Origin: Proteromonas lacertae | Taxonomy: Eukaryota | Direction of reading: 5' to 3' | NCBI GenBank assembly: GCA_002245135.1 | Contig: NGBS01000296.1 | Coordinates: 186,001 to 250,000 of the forward strand | DNA length: 64,000 nt | In this document: one piece after another, positions 25,578 to 38,116 of the stretch | Layout of the letters: each line of letters starts with the position of its first letter | Numbering within the stretch: position 1 is the stretch's first letter | Notes under the pieces: generated by a model | What the model saw: the letters and a program-made list of their open reading frames with translations, nothing else | What the model was told of the DNA's origin: nothing | The model's database searches: none | Position numbers and translations under genes: made by a program

Positions 25578-27015
25578 TTATTTATCCTTTTTATTCTCAT
25601 CTCCTTCAACTTCACTAAAAGGTATTTTTTGGAATATCAACAACGCAAAGAATAATATATAATGACATACTTGTAAAGAGAAAGAAGATAATGGAGTGGA
25701 TGGAAATACATTATAACATATCTCAATTATTAACAACATTATCAATCTCTATACATATAACATAAACAAATACTATATATACCATAATTGTAGGGAAAGG
25801 AACAGACCACAATAATAAAGGCAAAGTATGGAAATACCAATTATAAAATTGATAATGAATACTTCTACAAAACACTATACCTACAAAATTACCAGTAAAC
25901 ATCATCAATATTATCTCCTGCGAATGTAATGGATAGTCCCTTTGTTGATAATCATCTTTAAATATTGTATTTATTACATTTGTAATACCTCTGTTTTGGA
26001 ATAGCAAATTATAAAAATTTCCTTCTTTTCTATTAAAACAATAATCAATATATAAATATATACTTTGTCCATTTTGAATAGAATAATAAAATTGATAATA
26101 TATGTAAGAATAATAACAAAAATCCCCATTTCTTATTTACAAATAACCATTCAGGAATAAACTTCCAATTTACAGTCCATATATAAGTAAATACTCTTGT
26201 CAATTCAAATGCTCTACTTACATAACCAAATGGATTAACATATAAGAATGGAATAGCTAAAACTAATTGAATTATTCCACAAATTGAGATTAAATACATT
26301 GTTCTTTTTAATCCACAATTCTAAACATATAATAATATATATATATACTTTTAATAACACTATCAGTAATGGAAATGCATATAACATAACATTCATCTTT
26401 ATTGATACTGCTAATGAGAAGAATGCACAACCATAGACATATTTCTTTTGTATTATATAATTCAATGATAAATAGAATATCATCATCGCTATATCATCAT
26501 TGAATAATCGTAGATAGAATAGAGATTTCACTCTTTTTGATAGACATAATAATAATACAATCCACGGTGGTATGTATTTCATGTAACTGTAGAGATTTAA
26601 CACTAATGAAAGGAAGATCAAATAAAAACCTAAGAATAAGTATTGAGCTAACACTATATTTAATCCTTTGTTGGTAATAAAGTACAATATTTCGTAGAAA
26701 TACACAAATCCAGCTGGATACACTAAGGGTCCTGTATCTCCTTTTAAATGCAAATAATCATAGTCACCATGAATTGGACCAGATACTTCACTCATATATG
26801 CTTTCCAGTCGATTTCAGTATCTAAATATTCAATATATTGCTACTATAATACATGGAACAAATCTAATAATCAATAATCCAAGAATAAATTCAGCAAAAA
26901 TAATCATAATTGAAAGATATCTGAAATATTTTCTATTAAACAACATTCCCTTGATAAAGTGCAAAATTGGATTAATTCGTTTCTTTTTAACTTCAGTTGA
27001 TTGATTTGTTTCCAT
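25578..27015 (-). CDS. ALG3: Dol-P-Man:Man5GlcNAc2-PP-Dol alpha-1,3-mannosyltransferase
   Basis: [56 protein letters not shown]. Confidence 0.95.
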
Positions 27016-27166
27016 CAGGACAAACTAATTGAGTGAGAATTTAAAAGAAATTCTTTGAAAGCTTGATGGTAATCAAACTAATATTCCAACTTTTTCGATT
27101 AAAAAAGCAATCACAACAATATATAATAAAAAAATAATTATGTTCTTTTTTATAGAAATAAGTAGT

Positions 27167-27717
27167 TTATTTAGAAGGAGTAATTTTTGAATAGGCTTCA
27201 TTAATAATTGTTTCAATAACTTCATTTTCCAAACCTAGATCTTCAGCTAATCTAGGAATATTCAACAGCAATAAACGAGGAATCTTATTTGGCAAAGGAT
27301 TACCATTCTCATTACATTGAGAAATCATAAAATCACATAAATAATTAGCAATCATTTTTACTTCATCTTCATTTTGTTCAAAATCAACAATTGGAACATT
27401 AATGCCTGCACAAACATCAGCATCTTTACCTTCACTCTTTGGATTCTGTGGAGAGTAGAATTTACCATTCACAACTGGGTAACTATCAGTATTATTTCTA
27501 CAAGTACCAAGTGTTGGATCTACTTTACTTTTATCTCTAACTTGTTCAAAAACAGGATGTTTTACTAATTCTGAAGCTGTTGGTCTTTTGGATGGATCTT
27601 TTGTCAGACATTTGTGGATTAAATCACATAAGCCTTTAGAGTATAACTTTGGATCTAATTCTGGTTCTGGACTATCAGTAACAGCTTGAGAAATACCCCA
27701 AAAACCATCTAAAAATA

Positions 27718-27749
<32 letters not shown>

Positions 27750-29084
27750 CGTTTCTTTTCATTTTCATAAGGATATTTCAATGTTGCTAATTGATAGAAT
27801 ATAATACCTAAACTCCAAATATCAGTTTGAAATGAGTGTTTTTCACCTTTTACTCTTTCTGGAGACATATACATTACAGTACCTAAGAACGTCTTTCCTA
27901 ATTCTTCATCCTTCGCTGTACCAAAATCACTCAATTTAACATCACCTTTGCGATTTAGTAAAATGTTAGCAGGTTTAATATCACGATGAAGTATATCTTT
28001 ACTATTTAAAAATGATAAACCAAGCAAAACTTGATAAGCTATTCCAATAATGGTTGGTTCTGAGAAGTGTATATGTTGATCTAATTGTTCCTGTAATGAT
28101 CCATTGTCCATAAACTCTAGACAAATATACACAGACATATCATCATTATTAACATAAGCATCGTAGAAACCAACCACATATTTACATGGGAATTCTGATG
28201 CTAATAATCAATATATATAATATATAATATATAATATACAGAATGTAGTTCCTCTTAACAAATTCGAATTTAAAACTATTAATTCTCTTGCCATTTGATG
28301 TCTTTTCTCTTTTTCATTTACTTTTATTGATTTCACTGCCATTAGTCTCAATGTTTGTAAATGAATTGCTTTATATACTACACCTCCTGCTCCTTTGCCT
28401 AATTTGGTCAAGAATTGTAAGGATTTCTGTATTGCGTTGGCTTTGTTCATTCCTGTTGTGTGTATAGTGATTTTATCGAGTCTTATTGTACCACTTCCCA
28501 TAGTTTCATAAGATTGTTCACCAACGTCATTATCGTCATCTGACCCACATAGTTCATCTTGATCTTCTTCTAATAAATCCTTTTCTTCTGATCGAACAGA
28601 CGAATATGTTGGTTTTGAATTGGAACTTGAATCTAACTTTAATTCACCTATACCTCTTTTTTCTCTCAAAGAATTACTTTCATTTGGCTATGATTAAATT
28701 ATAAATAAAATGTCATACATCTCTAAATGCATCCATTTTTGTTTCTACTTGTGGAATGAAGTGTTTTTCACTAGTCTTAGATTCTGGCATTTTAGCGGCA
28801 GATTTTGGTCTCCAATCAACACACTCCTTTGTGTATTCATTTAAGTACTTATCTTTGTTTCTAAACACAATTAGAGTAAATGTTATACCCTTCTTTTACT
28901 TTAGTCCAACCTCTTGGTAAATCTGAATCACCTGACGCTATTAAAAAATAGATATCCCGATGAAATACATCCAGCAGCTGATTGAGGTCTTTGAGTTGAA
29001 ATCTTTGGTGGAAATCGTCTAATTAAAGATAGAGTAAGCATATTAATACCCTGACGCAGATGTACTACCAACAGGTCTACTCAT
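27167..29084 (-). CDS. MAP kinase kinase (STE7/MEK family)
   Basis: [55 protein letters not shown]; several short introns. Confidence 0.85.
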
Positions 29085-29320
29085 TTGAAAATGAAAAGTT
29101 CTGTGGTTTAAAAATTTTCGATTCCCCAAATTTTAGTTAAAAAAGATTCAACTATCAAATATCATATCATTCATATGCTTATAGTAGAGCAACACTCAAT
29201 AGAAAAGTAAAGAAACGATCATGTTTTCCTGAACAAAAAATCTTTTGATTTATGTGTGTTAACTACAACTTAAATCCCGCAATACAGCATCATATAATAT
29301 TAATAATAATATATATAAAC

Positions 29321-29573
29321 TTATTGTTGTTCTTCACTTGATTTTCCCACAAGTTCACCAAAATAACTATTTAAATACAATAAAAATATGCTATACTCTC
29401 TGCTAAATGCTACTATATCTTCTGGATTTTTTCTAATTACTTCTTTAGTCCACTTTTTCAATACCATTGGAAGATCAGGTGGTACTACAATCTGTTCTGC
29501 GCAATATAATCTTTGAACATCGTTTATGGATTTTTCACTATAAAAATAACAAAACAAAATCATACAGAGGCAT
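29321..29573 (-). CDS. Small RIIa (D/D) domain protein, ropporin/ROPN1L/radial spoke RSP11-like
   Basis: Spliced MPLEKSINDVQRLYCAEQIVVPPDLPMVLKKWTKEVIRKNPEDIVAFSREYF matches the CAEQI.IP..L..ILK.YTKEVIR..P RSP11/ropporin motif. Confidence 0.75.
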
Positions 29574-29694
29574 TTTAAGAAATGAAACGAAATAAAAAAC
29601 GTATTTTGTGAATGAAAACGAATTTATTTTTAAAACAGTTTTGAATCAAGCCAAGTTTATTTTTACATCGATTCATAAAAATCTTTATTTTGAG

Positions 29695-30960
29695 ATGAGT
29701 TATGAATTAAGTCACTATGAAACACATTGCAGTGTATTTTCAGTCACTTGGAAAGTTAAAATTAATAAATGTGTGACCAATGAACAAGTAGAAGAAGTAG
29801 CTTTTCTATTAGCTAAAGAATATGACTATTTAAGCTCAGAATTTAAACCAGAAACTAGTGTATTGGAATTAAAAGAAAATTACCATCCTAGATTGCAGTT
29901 TTACGAAAAAGAAATCACTGATGAAAAGTATTTCAGAGATATAAGAGAAGCAACATTTAAAAAACAGGACTTTACTTCCATTTATTACGTTTACGTTGAT
30001 AAAAAAAATAATGCCACTGATATAATCGGTGTTTATAACCATGCTATGGTTGATGGTGGTTCTGGACTTGATTTATCATATAAATTCTGCCAATATTTAT
30101 CAGATCCTACAATAGTTCCACAAAAACATGGATATGCTTCAATTCAAAGACAAATTGTTATACCTAAAGGTGTAGAAGGATTAACATACAGTTATATTGA
30201 TAAATCCACTCCAATATTAACATTCCCAAAATATCTGCATGAATGTAATGAAGCGGATAAAGTGAGTTATCATGTTAAAACTGAATTGATTAGTTGTGAG
30301 GACTTAAATGCAATATTAAAAGCAACTCACAACAATCATTTTACATTTCAAAGCTTACTATGGTTAACTACATTATTAAGTCAAATGAAAATGTTTAATA
30401 TGTTTGATTTCAGTAAAGAAGTGAGATTCCATGTAATGGCAATGAGTAAAGGAAGATGTGAGTTTAATCCTCCAATATTGAAGGATGATATTGTATGTGG
30501 AGCTGCTTTTGTATTTGTTGGAAAGAAGATAAACAAAGAAGACAATGTGATTGAATTATTGAAAGATATTTCAAAGAATCTACACGATGAATTAAACAAA
30601 GGACAACAGATGTATGATTTCTTCATTAATTCTGATCATTCTTTATATCCTCCCTATTCTATGAGTTGCTGTACGTTAGGTAAATCACTTTGTAAGAAGC
30701 ACTATGATGGTAAATTCTCATTTGATGTGATTAAACAGAATCTATTCCCAACAACGTCGATATTCCCAGGAGTTTCTGCTAATTTGCTTTTTTCATTCAC
30801 AGTTGATGGAGTTGGTTGTTATTTAAGTGATCCTTATACATATCCTCATTATCATGATGATGAAATAGAAGCTTATTTGAAGAATATTATTAATTTGATG
30901 AAAGTGATATGTAATGAAGCAAACAGTAGTAAAACTATAGATGATCTTACTAAATTATAA
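29695..30960 (+). CDS. CoA-dependent acyltransferase, condensation/alcohol acetyltransferase-like (HxxxDG), intronless
   Basis: NHAMVDGGSG catalytic motif, ~420 aa, two-lobe size typical of the CAT-like fold. Confidence 0.7.
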   Translation: MSYELSHYETHCSVFSVTWKVKINKCVTNEQVEEVAFLLAKEYDYLSSEFKPETSVLELKENYHPRLQFYEKEITDEKYFRDIREATFKKQDFTSIYYVYVDKKNNATDIIGVYNHAMVDGGSGLDLSYKFCQYLSDPTIVPQKHGYASIQRQIVIPKGVEGLTYSYIDKSTPILTFPKYLHECNEADKVSYHVKTELISCEDLNAILKATHNNHFTFQSLLWLTTLLSQMKMFNMFDFSKEVRFHVMAMSKGRCEFNPPILKDDIVCGAAFVFVGKKINKEDNVIELLKDISKNLHDELNKGQQMYDFFINSDHSLYPPYSMSCCTLGKSLCKKHYDGKFSFDVIKQNLFPTTSIFPGVSANLLFSFTVDGVGCYLSDPYTYPHYHDDEIEAYLKNIINLMKVICNEANSSKTIDDLTKL

Positions 30961-31037
30961 ATACTACTAAAATATTGTTAATTAGGTGTTTTTCTTTGAT
31001 ATGTAATTTTGTGTATTTATTACATGTAATTTAAAAA

Positions 31038-32390
31038 ATGAATTACACAAATTCAATTGAAGCTATTAGCAAAGAAGCCATAAAAAGAAATTTAATAAAT
31101 GATGAAGATCCAACGTTACAAATACTAAACTTGGATGCATTATTTGAAAAAGTAAGAGAATTGAAAAATGCTTTTAAAAGTGAATTTAAAGGAGAGACTG
31201 AATTTGCATTTGCAATAAAGAGCAATCCTCTAACAAATGTATTGAAATTACTCAAAGAAGAAGGTTTGAGCGGCGAATGTGCTTCTTACGGTGAAGTATG
31301 ATTATTTTTTCATCTAATTATTTAATAATAGGTATGTCAATGTTTAAAAGTTGGATTTACTCCAGCTAATATTCAATATGACAGTCCCTGTAAAACAATG
31401 ACTGAATTAAAACTAAGTTTAGAGAAAGATGTAAGTATAAACTGTGATAATTTAGACGAAGTTGAAAGAATAAACCAAATATTCACAGAAAATCCAGAAA
31501 TATTAAACAAAAGAAGTGAAAAAAGTCATATTGGAATAAGAATCAATCCACAAATAGGTTATGGAAAATATGATATGACTTCAACAGCCTCAAAAACATC
31601 ACATTTTGGAGTAGCCTATGATACATTCTATGATAAATTATCTCCAATATTTAATAAGTATAAGTGGTTAAATGGTTTACATTGTCATGTTGGAAGTCAA
31701 GGATGTCCTTTAGAATTGTTAGTTAATGGAGTAAAAAGTATATATAATTTATGTGAAAAAATAAATAATGAAATTGATAATAAAAATCAAATAAAAGTGA
31801 TAGATATTGGAGGTGGAATTCCGATAGATTATGGAAGTGAAAATGAATTATTTAGTTATAAACAATATGTAGAATTAATAAAAAAAGAAGTTCCAGAAAT
31901 ATTAAATGGTAAATATAAAATAATAACAGAATATGGAAGAAGTATGATAGCTAAATATGGTTTTACAATGAGTAGAATAGAATATGTAAAGAACAATAAA
32001 GACAATAACATTATAATGAGTCATGTTGGCTCAAATCTAATGGATAGAACAACATTACAACCGGAGATATGGAAATACAGAATATCTGTATTAAATAAAG
32101 ATGGAAGTTTGAAAAAAGAAGGAGAGAAAAAAGTGTATAAAGTTGCTGGGCCTTTGTGTTTTAGTGGTGATATTATTGGTTATAATAGAGAGTTATATGA
32201 GTGTTTTAGTGGAGATTATATATTGATTCATGATACTGGAGGTTATACTTATTCAATGTATAATAGATATAATTCTATTAAAGCTCCTCCTTATTTTGGA
32301 GCTAAAAGACTGGATGATGGAAAATATGAATTTGTTTGTTTGAAGAGAGGTGAGAGTTATGAAAAGACTATTGAGTTTTGGGATGAATAA
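31038..32390 (+). CDS. Fold-type III PLP decarboxylase (diaminopimelate/ornithine decarboxylase family)
   Basis: FAIKSNP (PLP Lys), ECASYGE, GLHCHVGSQG, IDIGGG, TEYGRS, AGPLCFSGD, DTGGY; one intron. Confidence 0.9.
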
Positions 32391-32458
32391 TTAAATTGAG
32401 AATTATTCATTTTATTATTTTGTTGTTGTGGGATATAAAACAAAAATAACTATATAAT

Positions 32459-34066
32459 TCATTCATTTACTGATGCATAATAAAACCCTTCATCTTCATC
32501 ACTATCATATGAATCTCCTCTAGTTTCGATTAAAGTAACATTCTTCTCTTTATATTTCTATATCAAATTATATGTTCATAAACTATACTTCTTTCAATTC
32601 ATTAATACATTCATCTTTTAAAAAGTGTTCTTTTATTGATACACATTTTATATTATCAAATTCTAATAGTTTTAACAAATCTTCAAACATTTCATCTTTT
32701 ATTATTCCATATGACAAATCTATCATTTTCAATTCTTTTATTATTTTACTCTTCAATATTTCCTTCATTATTTCATTCAACTTTTCACTGTTTCGAATTC
32801 TCAGTATTCTATATATTATTATTATTATTATTATTATTATTTCATTTATATATACTTTAATTCAGGAAAGTATTGATCATTTTCATTCAATAATGGATTT
32901 AAATCTTTTATATCTATATCATTTCCTCGTTCTTCACATCCTAACCACAGCTCTAATTCAATCAAATTTGCATATTTACATAACAATATTCCATTCAATA
33001 ATTCTTTACATATTCCACAAGATTCTATTCCAAAATATAATAAATTTGGATATTCATGATTACTTTCCATTATTGATTGTTCTTCACCATTCTTTAAATA
33101 TAAATATTTCAATTTAGGAAACCATTCTAACAGTTCAGTTATATTTACTTTCTTTGACCAGGATAATTCCGATTCATTTGAAGTACAATAACCTCCATCT
33201 AAATATGTTAAATTGATTAAATCAGAATGACAATCTCTGAATGCTTTGTTTAATGTGTCATCATCAATCCTAATTTATCAATATATATATATATACATAC
33301 ATAGCTCCAACTAGTAAATACTTATATTGATCTAGAGGTTTTCTCTTTTGAAGTTCGTTTTTCATAACATATGCAACTATTTCGTCATATCCTTTAGGAT
33401 AATCATATTCATTATTATTAAAGTCAAGAAATATATAATTTGAGTCTTTTGTTTCATCAATTTCAATTTTATTAAAGCTTTGATTATCAGGAATAAAATC
33501 ATGATTGAATTTATTTATCTATCACTATTAGAATAATATTTATATATCAATATCTTTATATCTCATCATTCGAATCATATAAACATATATCTTTAAAGTA
33601 TTTGATACTTAGCTATCATTCTGCTGGAATCTGTTGCTTCCTTTACAAGTACACATTAAATTCAAATAATCAGAACAACTGAGATAGTCACACATTATTA
33701 AGGATGAATTATTGAACAGAACATCTTTACAAAAACTGGAGGGGAATTTAGGATAATCTATATCACCAGGATGACTATATTGATTTTTATGATCTATATT
33801 CTTTCTATAACACTTTTCACCATATTTACAAGCTTGTCTTTTGCTAGATTTTGCTCTTTTGACAGTTCTACCATTCTATAGTAAATATATATATTATATT
33901 TCTTTAACAATATTGTACATTTTGATCATTTGAATGATGAGCTCTTCTTTTACCACAATTACAGAAATCATTAGTGTTATTAGTGTTACAAGAAGTACAT
34001 TTCCATGTATTTTGGTTATTTTGAGCTATACATAGAGTATACGATAAAAATTATACACGAACTCAT
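32459..34066 (-). pseudogene. ZnF-PBZ-F-box-like-STM4015-like LRR paralog 1, probably disrupted (in-frame TAA at 33609-33611)
   Basis: WKCTSCNTNNTNDFCNCG; CKYGEKCYRKNIDHKNQYSHPGD; stop after the F-box-like segment with no resolving intron found; LRR part ESELSW..ELELWLG..DLSYG ending YYASVNE*. Confidence 0.65.
32641..33145. repeat. ~500-bp near-identical direct repeat (partner 35823-36324)
   Basis: Read side by side; differs mainly in the intronic TAT repeat length and rare substitutions. Confidence 0.9.
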
Positions 34067-34154
34067 TACATCATACAAAAATATCCAAATTTTGGTAAAA
34101 AATACATGTAATTACAATAATTTACCAAAACATCAATAATCAATCAAAACAAAG

Positions 34155-35507
34155 TTATTTAGATTTATAATAGTTAGATAATTGATTAGACATGTTATAT
34201 CCATGATTATTTAAGTAAGCAAGTAACTTTACAGCAATTTCTTTCTTATTTTCTCTTAACAACTTACTTAACACTATTTCATACACTTTTACATTAAAAT
34301 AATATCCATAATACTCAAATTTCTTCATCAAATTCCATAATATATTATTTTCAATACAAATCTTAATAATTTCAATAGTAGTGTATAATCTTTTGTTATT
34401 TAGCTGTGGTAAAACTTTATCAATCAATTTCATATATTTATCAACCAAACCATTTTCAAAATAACATATTAATAATGCATAAACAGCTCTATCATCACTT
34501 ATATATTTACATTTTCTATTTTCAACAATATTACAACATTTCAATAATAATCCTTTACTATCTACAGAAGGAGAATGCCTATTTTCACATAATAATATTT
34601 TATATAATAAATGGCTTCCAATTAAATTGTTATATCTATTGAAAGATTCTTGTGATTGAGATAATTGTTGATTATTATCAATATTTTGTTGATTTTGTGA
34701 TTCTATGTTATTTTCTATTATTTCTTTCACTTCATTTATGATTTTATCATATTCTCTTATTTCATATAAACTTCCTATATAATAACTGAATGTTTTTTCA
34801 TTCAAAATATTTCTACTTTCATGATATTCATAAACCTTTATTACTTCATTAAATTCTTTACATTCTAAACAAAACAATAAATACTCTTCTAAACTTTCAA
34901 TACACAATGATTCTTTATTTGAATTCATTTTATCTTCTACTAGTTTCTTTAAAATTTGAAAATTTTTATGTTTATGATGAAAATGAATAAATGATTTTTC
35001 ACATTTTGGTATGAAATATTTCTTTATTGAATTATAGTAATTATTTAGTTTATTTTCATCATTCTTAATACAGTAATACATCACAATTTCATTACATATT
35101 TCATCACTTAAATATTCATGATTATATTGACGATATTGATTATATAAAAATAACACTTCATTCAACTTATCTTCTTTGCAGAATAAATGGATTAACTCTC
35201 TTGTGGCAATTTCACTCAGTTTTACATCATACGGTTTTAATTTGTAATATATGTCTTTTACTTCTTTGTGTCTATAATCAATAAATAAATCGTTAATGTA
35301 TTTGGAAGTTGTAACAGAATCTCTTATTGTTAATAGAAATTGATTGATTTCATCACTAGCATTGATGACAGAATTTGTAGTATTAGCATAATACCTATAA
35401 TGTGATCTAAATAAAGAATTATAAGCTGAAATGGGTAATGAAGAAACTAATGATCTATTTATTCCTGAAAACAATTTAATTGACTGTATTGACAATCTTT
35501 GCATCAT
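34155..35507 (-). CDS. Helical-repeat (PPR-like) protein with mitochondrial-type targeting presequence
   Basis: Arg/Ser-rich, acid-free N-terminus; PPR-like units (LIHLFCKEDKLNEVLFLYNQY; LLICYFENGLVDKYMKL); intronless. Confidence 0.6.
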   Translation of the reverse strand: MMQRLSIQSIKLFSGINRSLVSSLPISAYNSLFRSHYRYYANTTNSVINASDEINQFLLTIRDSVTTSKYINDLFIDYRHKEVKDIYYKLKPYDVKLSEIATRELIHLFCKEDKLNEVLFLYNQYRQYNHEYLSDEICNEIVMYYCIKNDENKLNNYYNSIKKYFIPKCEKSFIHFHHKHKNFQILKKLVEDKMNSNKESLCIESLEEYLLFCLECKEFNEVIKVYEYHESRNILNEKTFSYYIGSLYEIREYDKIINEVKEIIENNIESQNQQNIDNNQQLSQSQESFNRYNNLIGSHLLYKILLCENRHSPSVDSKGLLLKCCNIVENRKCKYISDDRAVYALLICYFENGLVDKYMKLIDKVLPQLNNKRLYTTIEIIKICIENNILWNLMKKFEYYGYYFNVKVYEIVLSKLLRENKKEIAVKLLAYLNNHGYNMSNQLSNYYKSK

Positions 35508-35647
35508 CAAATGATATAATTAAGTACTATCAGAAGAAAAAAATCGAAAAGAAATAATCAAACAAGTTTGAAAATGAAATTGGTGTTTAATTATTTTGGC
35601 AAAACCCAATAATCATAAATAGTGATTTACTTATGTATTATTATAAT

Positions 35648-37545
35648 TTATTCATTAAATGCACCTGAATCTTTGCAACCATCATCATCACCAAATTTTC
35701 TGATTGTATCTTCACTTAAAGTAACATTCTTCTCTTTATATTTCTATAAACAGTAAAAGCAATGATATACATTTTTCAGCTCTTCTATTCTATCACTTTT
35801 AATCATATGTTTATGAATAATTACACATTTTATATTATCAAATTCTAATAGTTTTAACAAATCTTCAAACATTTCATCTTTTATTATTCCATATGACAAA
35901 TCTATCATTTTCAATTCTTTTATTATTTTACTCTTCAATATTTCCTTCATTATTTCATTCAACTTTTCACTGTTTCGAATTCTCAGTATTCTATATATTA
36001 ATATTATTATTATTATTATTTCATTTATATATACTTTAATTCAGGAAAGTATTGATCATTTTCATTCAATAATGGATTTAAATCTTTTATATCTATATCA
36101 TTTCCTCGTTCTTCACATCCTAACCACAGCTCTAATTCAATCAAATTTGCATATTTACATAACAATATTCCATTCAGTAATTCTTTACATATTCCACAAG
36201 ATTCTATTCCAAAATATAATAAATTTGGATATTCATGATTACTTTCCATTATTGATTGTTCTTCACCATTCTTTAAATATAAATATTTCAATTTAGGAAA
36301 CCATTCTAACAGTTCAGTTATATTATTAGAAAGAGTTTTAGATATATTTAAATCATTATCCCCATAACAACCTCCATCTAAATATTCAAAATCCTTATAT
36401 TTATTATGATATTTCTGTAATAGTGTATTTAAATTATATTTTTCATTTTCATCTGCAGAATCTTCATTGTCATCATCACTTTCATTCTCTATTTCCATTG
36501 CATCATCTTTTTTCAATCCACCAATTAGAATGTATTTAGTTTTGTTTAATTCTTTCATTTTATGTTTTGATATTTTCTTATATTTCTTTATTGCATTTCT
36601 ATCACTTTCAATATATTCTGGTAATTGTTTATCTCTCTTTATATTTCTATTAAGAAATTTAATCATAATTTTAAACGTATTTAAATCATCATGTAATTTG
36701 TCGTAATATACATCTACTGTTGTAGTTGGTAGATAATTATAATAAACACTTTTCCATATTTCATCATTATCATAACTATCTTTAGCTTTACTACAAGTAC
36801 TTATTAGTCTTATAACACTGTTAATATCCAAATATTTTGATATTAATTTTGAAAATCCTCCATATAGAAGTGGTTGTAAAGGATATGCATTTATTTCTTC
36901 ATCATCATCTTCTTCACTATTATCTTCCTCTTCAACATTTACATTACTATTATCACTGTCATATGATCTAGTACCATCTGAATCACTATCATAAGAATCA
37001 CTATCATCTGTTGGTTCTTCAGATATATTATTATTACCGTTATTATTAATATTGATGTTCCTTAACAGTATATTTCCTCCAAATAATAGAGGAACAGATA
37101 CAGGTGTTTGATTTGGATAATCAGGATCACCAGGATGACTAAACTCTTGTTTATGAATTGGATTCTTTCTATAACATCGAGCACCATATTGACATGGTCT
37201 TCTTCCACTTGTCTTACGTATTTTGGTTTTACGCTATTTTCAGTCAATAAAAAACAGAATATTATACTTCATCAGAATTTTCTACATTCTCAGTTCTTTT
37301 ATATCCATTAGCTAAAAAACTATAAAATATTCTTCATACGAACTACTATAAAGCTAGTAACATTATCGCGGAACAATGAAGGTCCAAGCAACCCTAATAA
37401 TGATATTTATAAAATTGGTACCACAATGACAAATAGCGGTTTTTGTAATCTGAAGGCAAACAGGACATTTCCACTCTCCTTGGTCATTTGGTTCTGTTGG
37501 AGTAACTATTTCAATAAAATTAACAACAATAATACTTTTCTGCAT
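35648..37545 (-). CDS. ZnF (RanBP2/NZF-like)-PBZ-acidic-F-box-like-STM4015-like LRR protein, paralog 2 (appears intact)
   Basis: Exons join via GT-AG introns: WKCPVCLQITKTAICHCG; RPCQYGARCYRKNPIHKQEFSHPGDPDY; LISKYLDINSVIRLISTCSK..DNDEIWK; LLEWFPKLKYL..IESCGI..LELWLG..FPELKY..RNSE..IDLSYG. Confidence 0.75.
35823..36324. repeat. Second copy of the ~500-bp direct repeat
   Basis: Matches 32641-33145. Confidence 0.9.
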
Positions 37546-37739
37546 AATTTTGAATTTTTAAAAAATGTGACTTGTCAAATTACACAAAAAAAGTCAAATA
37601 TGAAGAATGTGATACATAGGTTTATAATTTATATATATTTGTTTAAAATTCATCAACACATATATTGATGCAATATCTATGGATTAAATATTCGAATCAA
37701 CATCAAAAAATTCAAAAAAATATCAAATAATTAATGTAC

Positions 37740-38041
37740 TTATTCAAACAATTCTGATTTTGGTCCTGGGTATATTTCACTTACTTTAACACATCTTTTC
37801 AACACCTCCAATTGATTTGACACCCTAAAGTATATTATAAAAAATACTTCTTTATATGATGCTTCTATTTGATCTGATTTTAATTGTTTGGAGTGATGAA
37901 AATCATATTTGATCTTACTCACAGCATAATCTCTCACATTGTAGCTCTATAAGAATAAAATTCCACCAATTATACTGTATGTTTGGAAGCTACACGAAGC
38001 AATTGTCTGTAAAGTGATATAACCTCTCTAGAATTAACCAT
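37740..38041 (-). CDS. LYRM4: LYR-motif Fe-S assembly factor ISD11
   Basis: MVNSREVISLYRQLLRVASKH..YNVRDYAVSKIKYDF..QLEVLKRCVKVSEIY; two introns. Confidence 0.8.
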
Positions 38042-38116
38042 TCTAATAATACACTCTTTCAATGTATTTGTTGTATGTATTATTGTGTATTTCATCATTT
38101 TTAAAATTTCTAATCT

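Noticed and set aside
29608..29694. N-terminal extension of the acyltransferase from a GTG start
   Set aside because: Eukaryotic gene; first ATG is 29695, and this stretch is the divergent promoter region
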